A stretch of DNA of 16,000 bases. It comes from an uncultured Planctomycetota bacterium (GTDB lineage Bacteria; Planctomycetota; UBA1135; GCA-002686595). Position numbers and translations under genes: made by a program. A model generated the notes under the pieces. That model did no database searches, was not told where the DNA came from, and saw only the letters and a program-made list of their open reading frames with translations. Below are positions 14,483 to 16,000 of the stretch, piece by piece. The stretch spans positions 1,312,914 through 1,328,913 of the forward strand of contig CAVXOA010000002.1 of NCBI GenBank assembly GCA_963763335.1, given 5' to 3'. Position 1 is the stretch's first letter; each line of letters opens with the position of its first letter.

Positions 14483-15445
14483 GTGCTCATCCTCTCGCTG
14501 CTCATCCTCGCCTGCTTCAACGCGCCCGACGCTGGCCTGGTGTGCCCCCAGAAGGTCGTCCGACCCTGCGAAGGAGACAACTTCGCTACCAGCCTGATCG
14601 TGCTGGGCGACATCAATGGCGACGGTACCGACGACTTCCTCGTCTCCGATCCCTATCGGGAGGGGGTGCATCGCGAAGAGGGCTGGGTCGTCGCGGTTTC
14701 CGGTGCAACGCACAAGGCGATCTGGTCAAGATTCGCGGGGGAGTGCCACCTCACTCTCGGAATCCATGCTCGTTTGATGGGAGATCAGAACGCAGATGGG
14801 ATCCAGGACGCGGGTCTATCCGCCGGATGGTTTCTCGAGCGAGATAGGCTCCAGTTCTGGACCTTGTCCGGCGCGAATGGGGAAGTGCTTCGACAGGAGT
14901 CCATCTCAAGGTTGCCCGAGCTATCCCTTCCTCGAGATCTCCCGTTCCGACCTGGGTACGTGGAGCATGTCAGCCTCTGTCCGGAAGAGCCGACGCACGG
15001 CATTCGAAAGGTCAAGCTTGTTCAGGAGGGCGAAACGCCTGCCGTAGTCGTGATGCAGGATTCCAAGGGTGCGATTCTCGGGCAACGAGATTTTCCAGCA
15101 CACTGGGAAACCAGCCATTGCTCCTACTTCCTCTCGGCAATCGGGGACGTGGATGGTGATCGTCAGGGAGATGTTCTAGTGGGCATCGACATGCCGACCC
15201 GCGCCATGTATCAAGTCTGGTCTGGAGCCGACCTTCAATCGGTCTGGGAGGAGACCGTGCAGCTCGACAACATGTACGACCTCGAGTGGGCTACATGCAA
15301 CGATCTCGACGCGGATGGCACCCGCGATCTGCTCTGCGGTATGCATTGGCTCTGCGGAGGCCCGGATGTGAGGGGGTACATCGAGGCGCGATCGGGTCGT
15401 ACTGGGAAGGTCTTGTTCCGACTGACCCGTGCGGACCTCGAGTGA
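14483..15445 (+). CDS. Divergent FG-GAP-like repeat protein, probable lipoprotein or secreted
   Basis: 320-aa ORF with a GTG start and an N-terminus LILSLLILAC (lipobox-like ILAC). It has four DxDxDG-type loops: DINGDGTDDFLV, DQNADGIQD, DVDGDRQGDVLVG, DLDADGTRDLLCG. The blades are less regular than in 11982-13433. Confidence 0.8.
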   Translation: MLILSLLILACFNAPDAGLVCPQKVVRPCEGDNFATSLIVLGDINGDGTDDFLVSDPYREGVHREEGWVVAVSGATHKAIWSRFAGECHLTLGIHARLMGDQNADGIQDAGLSAGWFLERDRLQFWTLSGANGEVLRQESISRLPELSLPRDLPFRPGYVEHVSLCPEEPTHGIRKVKLVQEGETPAVVVMQDSKGAILGQRDFPAHWETSHCSYFLSAIGDVDGDRQGDVLVGIDMPTRAMYQVWSGADLQSVWEETVQLDNMYDLEWATCNDLDADGTRDLLCGMHWLCGGPDVRGYIEARSGRTGKVLFRLTRADLE

Positions 15446-15451
15446 CAGCGC

Positions 15452-15658
15452 ATGCGCAAGCAATCCAGGCTTCCGCGGTGCTACGCTCGTCCCCGCGCAC
15501 TCTTGTTCCCCCTCACGAGAGTACTGGTTGCGATCGGCTTCGGCTGTGCTAGCTCCGGGCGCCCCGAAGAACTCAACGCTGCGCACGCTTCCACAGCCAG
15601 CGCGGAAGGTCTTATCCTGGAGCTCGAAGGAGAGCCACCTTCTCCCTCTGTCCCTTGA
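15452..15658 (+). CDS. Short lipoprotein-signal ORF, possibly the 5' part of a frame-split gene
   Basis: ATG lies 6 nt after the previous stop. The sequence MRKQSRLPR...LLFPLTRVLVAIGFGCASSG has a positive n-region, a hydrophobic core and a Cys. Only about 36 aa follow before TGA at 15656-15658, while another frame stays open to the window end. Confidence 0.4.
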   Translation: MRKQSRLPRCYARPRALLFPLTRVLVAIGFGCASSGRPEELNAAHASTASAEGLILELEGEPPSPSVP

Positions 15659-15710
15659 AGGGATCGGAACGCTTGACGCGTTCATCGAGTACTTCGGACC
15701 CGGTGAGGAG

Positions 15711-16000
15711 ATGGCTCGGTTCTGCGCTGTCTCCTTCGCGGTAGGGGGACACGGAGGAGGCGAATTCAGCGATGCTATCTGGAGCGGGGATCGTACCTCC
15801 AATTTCCGCATTCGGATTGAAACGCCATGCCCAGAATCCGCCATGGAGGCTTTCCCTGCCCAAGGATCATGGCGACAACGCGCCTCCCTCAACATTGAGA
15901 TGACCTGTTCACCGGGGTGGCTCCTTCCTGGCACGCCTAAGGTGACTGTCATCGATCTTGGCGGCGACTGGAATGCAACGTACCGCAATCTGATTGCTGC
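15711..16000 (+). CDS. Partial hypothetical protein running off the window (start uncertain)
   Basis: My own translation shows the frame of 15657 is open from 15447 to 16000: ...EGIGTLDAFIEYFGPGEEMARFCAVSFAVGGHGGGEFSDAIWSGDRTSNFRIRIETPCPESAMEAFPAQGSW...TVIDLGGDWNATYRNLIA. The composition is protein-like. It is not in the ORF track, probably because it has no stop. The first ATG is at 15711. Confidence 0.3.
   Translation, partial: MARFCAVSFAVGGHGGGEFSDAIWSGDRTSNFRIRIETPCPESAMEAFPAQGSWRQRASLNIEMTCSPGWLLPGTPKVTVIDLGGDWNATYRNLIA

Noticed and set aside
15176-15988. 270-aa minus-strand ORF at the 3' end
   Set aside because: It is antisense to the 3' end of the FG-GAP-like gene and to the lipoprotein-signal ORF. 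The composition is R/S/P-rich with no motif, and the plus-strand frames look more protein-like.
6628-16000. Anti-phage defence or toxin-antitoxin/polymorphic-toxin island
   Set aside because: I could recognise no Walker A/B NTPase, nuclease, methyltransferase, helicase, TIR/SIR2, reverse transcriptase, or toxin C-terminal or immunity pair motifs. All products look like structural envelope proteins.
1-16000. rRNA, tRNA, CRISPR arrays, IS elements or prophage genes
   Set aside because: Reading both strands revealed no cloverleaf-compatible segments, no regularly spaced direct repeats and no transposase, integrase or phage structural signatures.

Overview
High-GC bacterial chromosomal window with two distinct halves. 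Positions 1-6600 are very GC-rich (one hand-counted 60-nt line: 44/60 G+C). They encode recognisable envelope or periplasmic genes: a sulfatase-fold/TPR protein on the minus strand, then on the plus strand a Tat-signal class-V PLP enzyme, a GT4 glycosyltransferase, a cytochrome b562-like protein, a PSCyt1 (CxxCH)-DUF2231 membrane cytochrome and a stand-alone HDOD protein. The b562-like gene overlaps the PSCyt1 gene by 4 nt (GTGA). From about 6600 to the end the GC content drops (38/60 at 12001-12060; 29/60 and 26/60 at 8461-8580). Every ORF I accept there is predicted to be secreted, lipid-anchored or membrane-embedded, and none has a catalytic, NTPase or DNA-binding motif I recognise. This set comprises a complete 7-blade FG-GAP/integrin-alpha-like propeller, a second divergent FG-GAP-like protein, and a TM-anchored protein with about five tandem carboxypeptidase-regulatory-like domains. 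It also includes a lipoprotein with one such domain, two small polytopic membrane proteins, a 336-aa orphan and a possibly frame-split lipoprotein gene at the 3' edge. The spacers upstream of at least three, probably four, consecutive minus-strand genes share a recurring GC-rich module with a conserved hairpin that no gene call explains. I found no rRNA, tRNA, CRISPR array, transposase or integrase. The PSCyt1 domain hints at a Planctomycetota/PVC-like or similar lineage, but this cannot be established from the window. All domain calls come from reading motifs in the translations, not from database searches.
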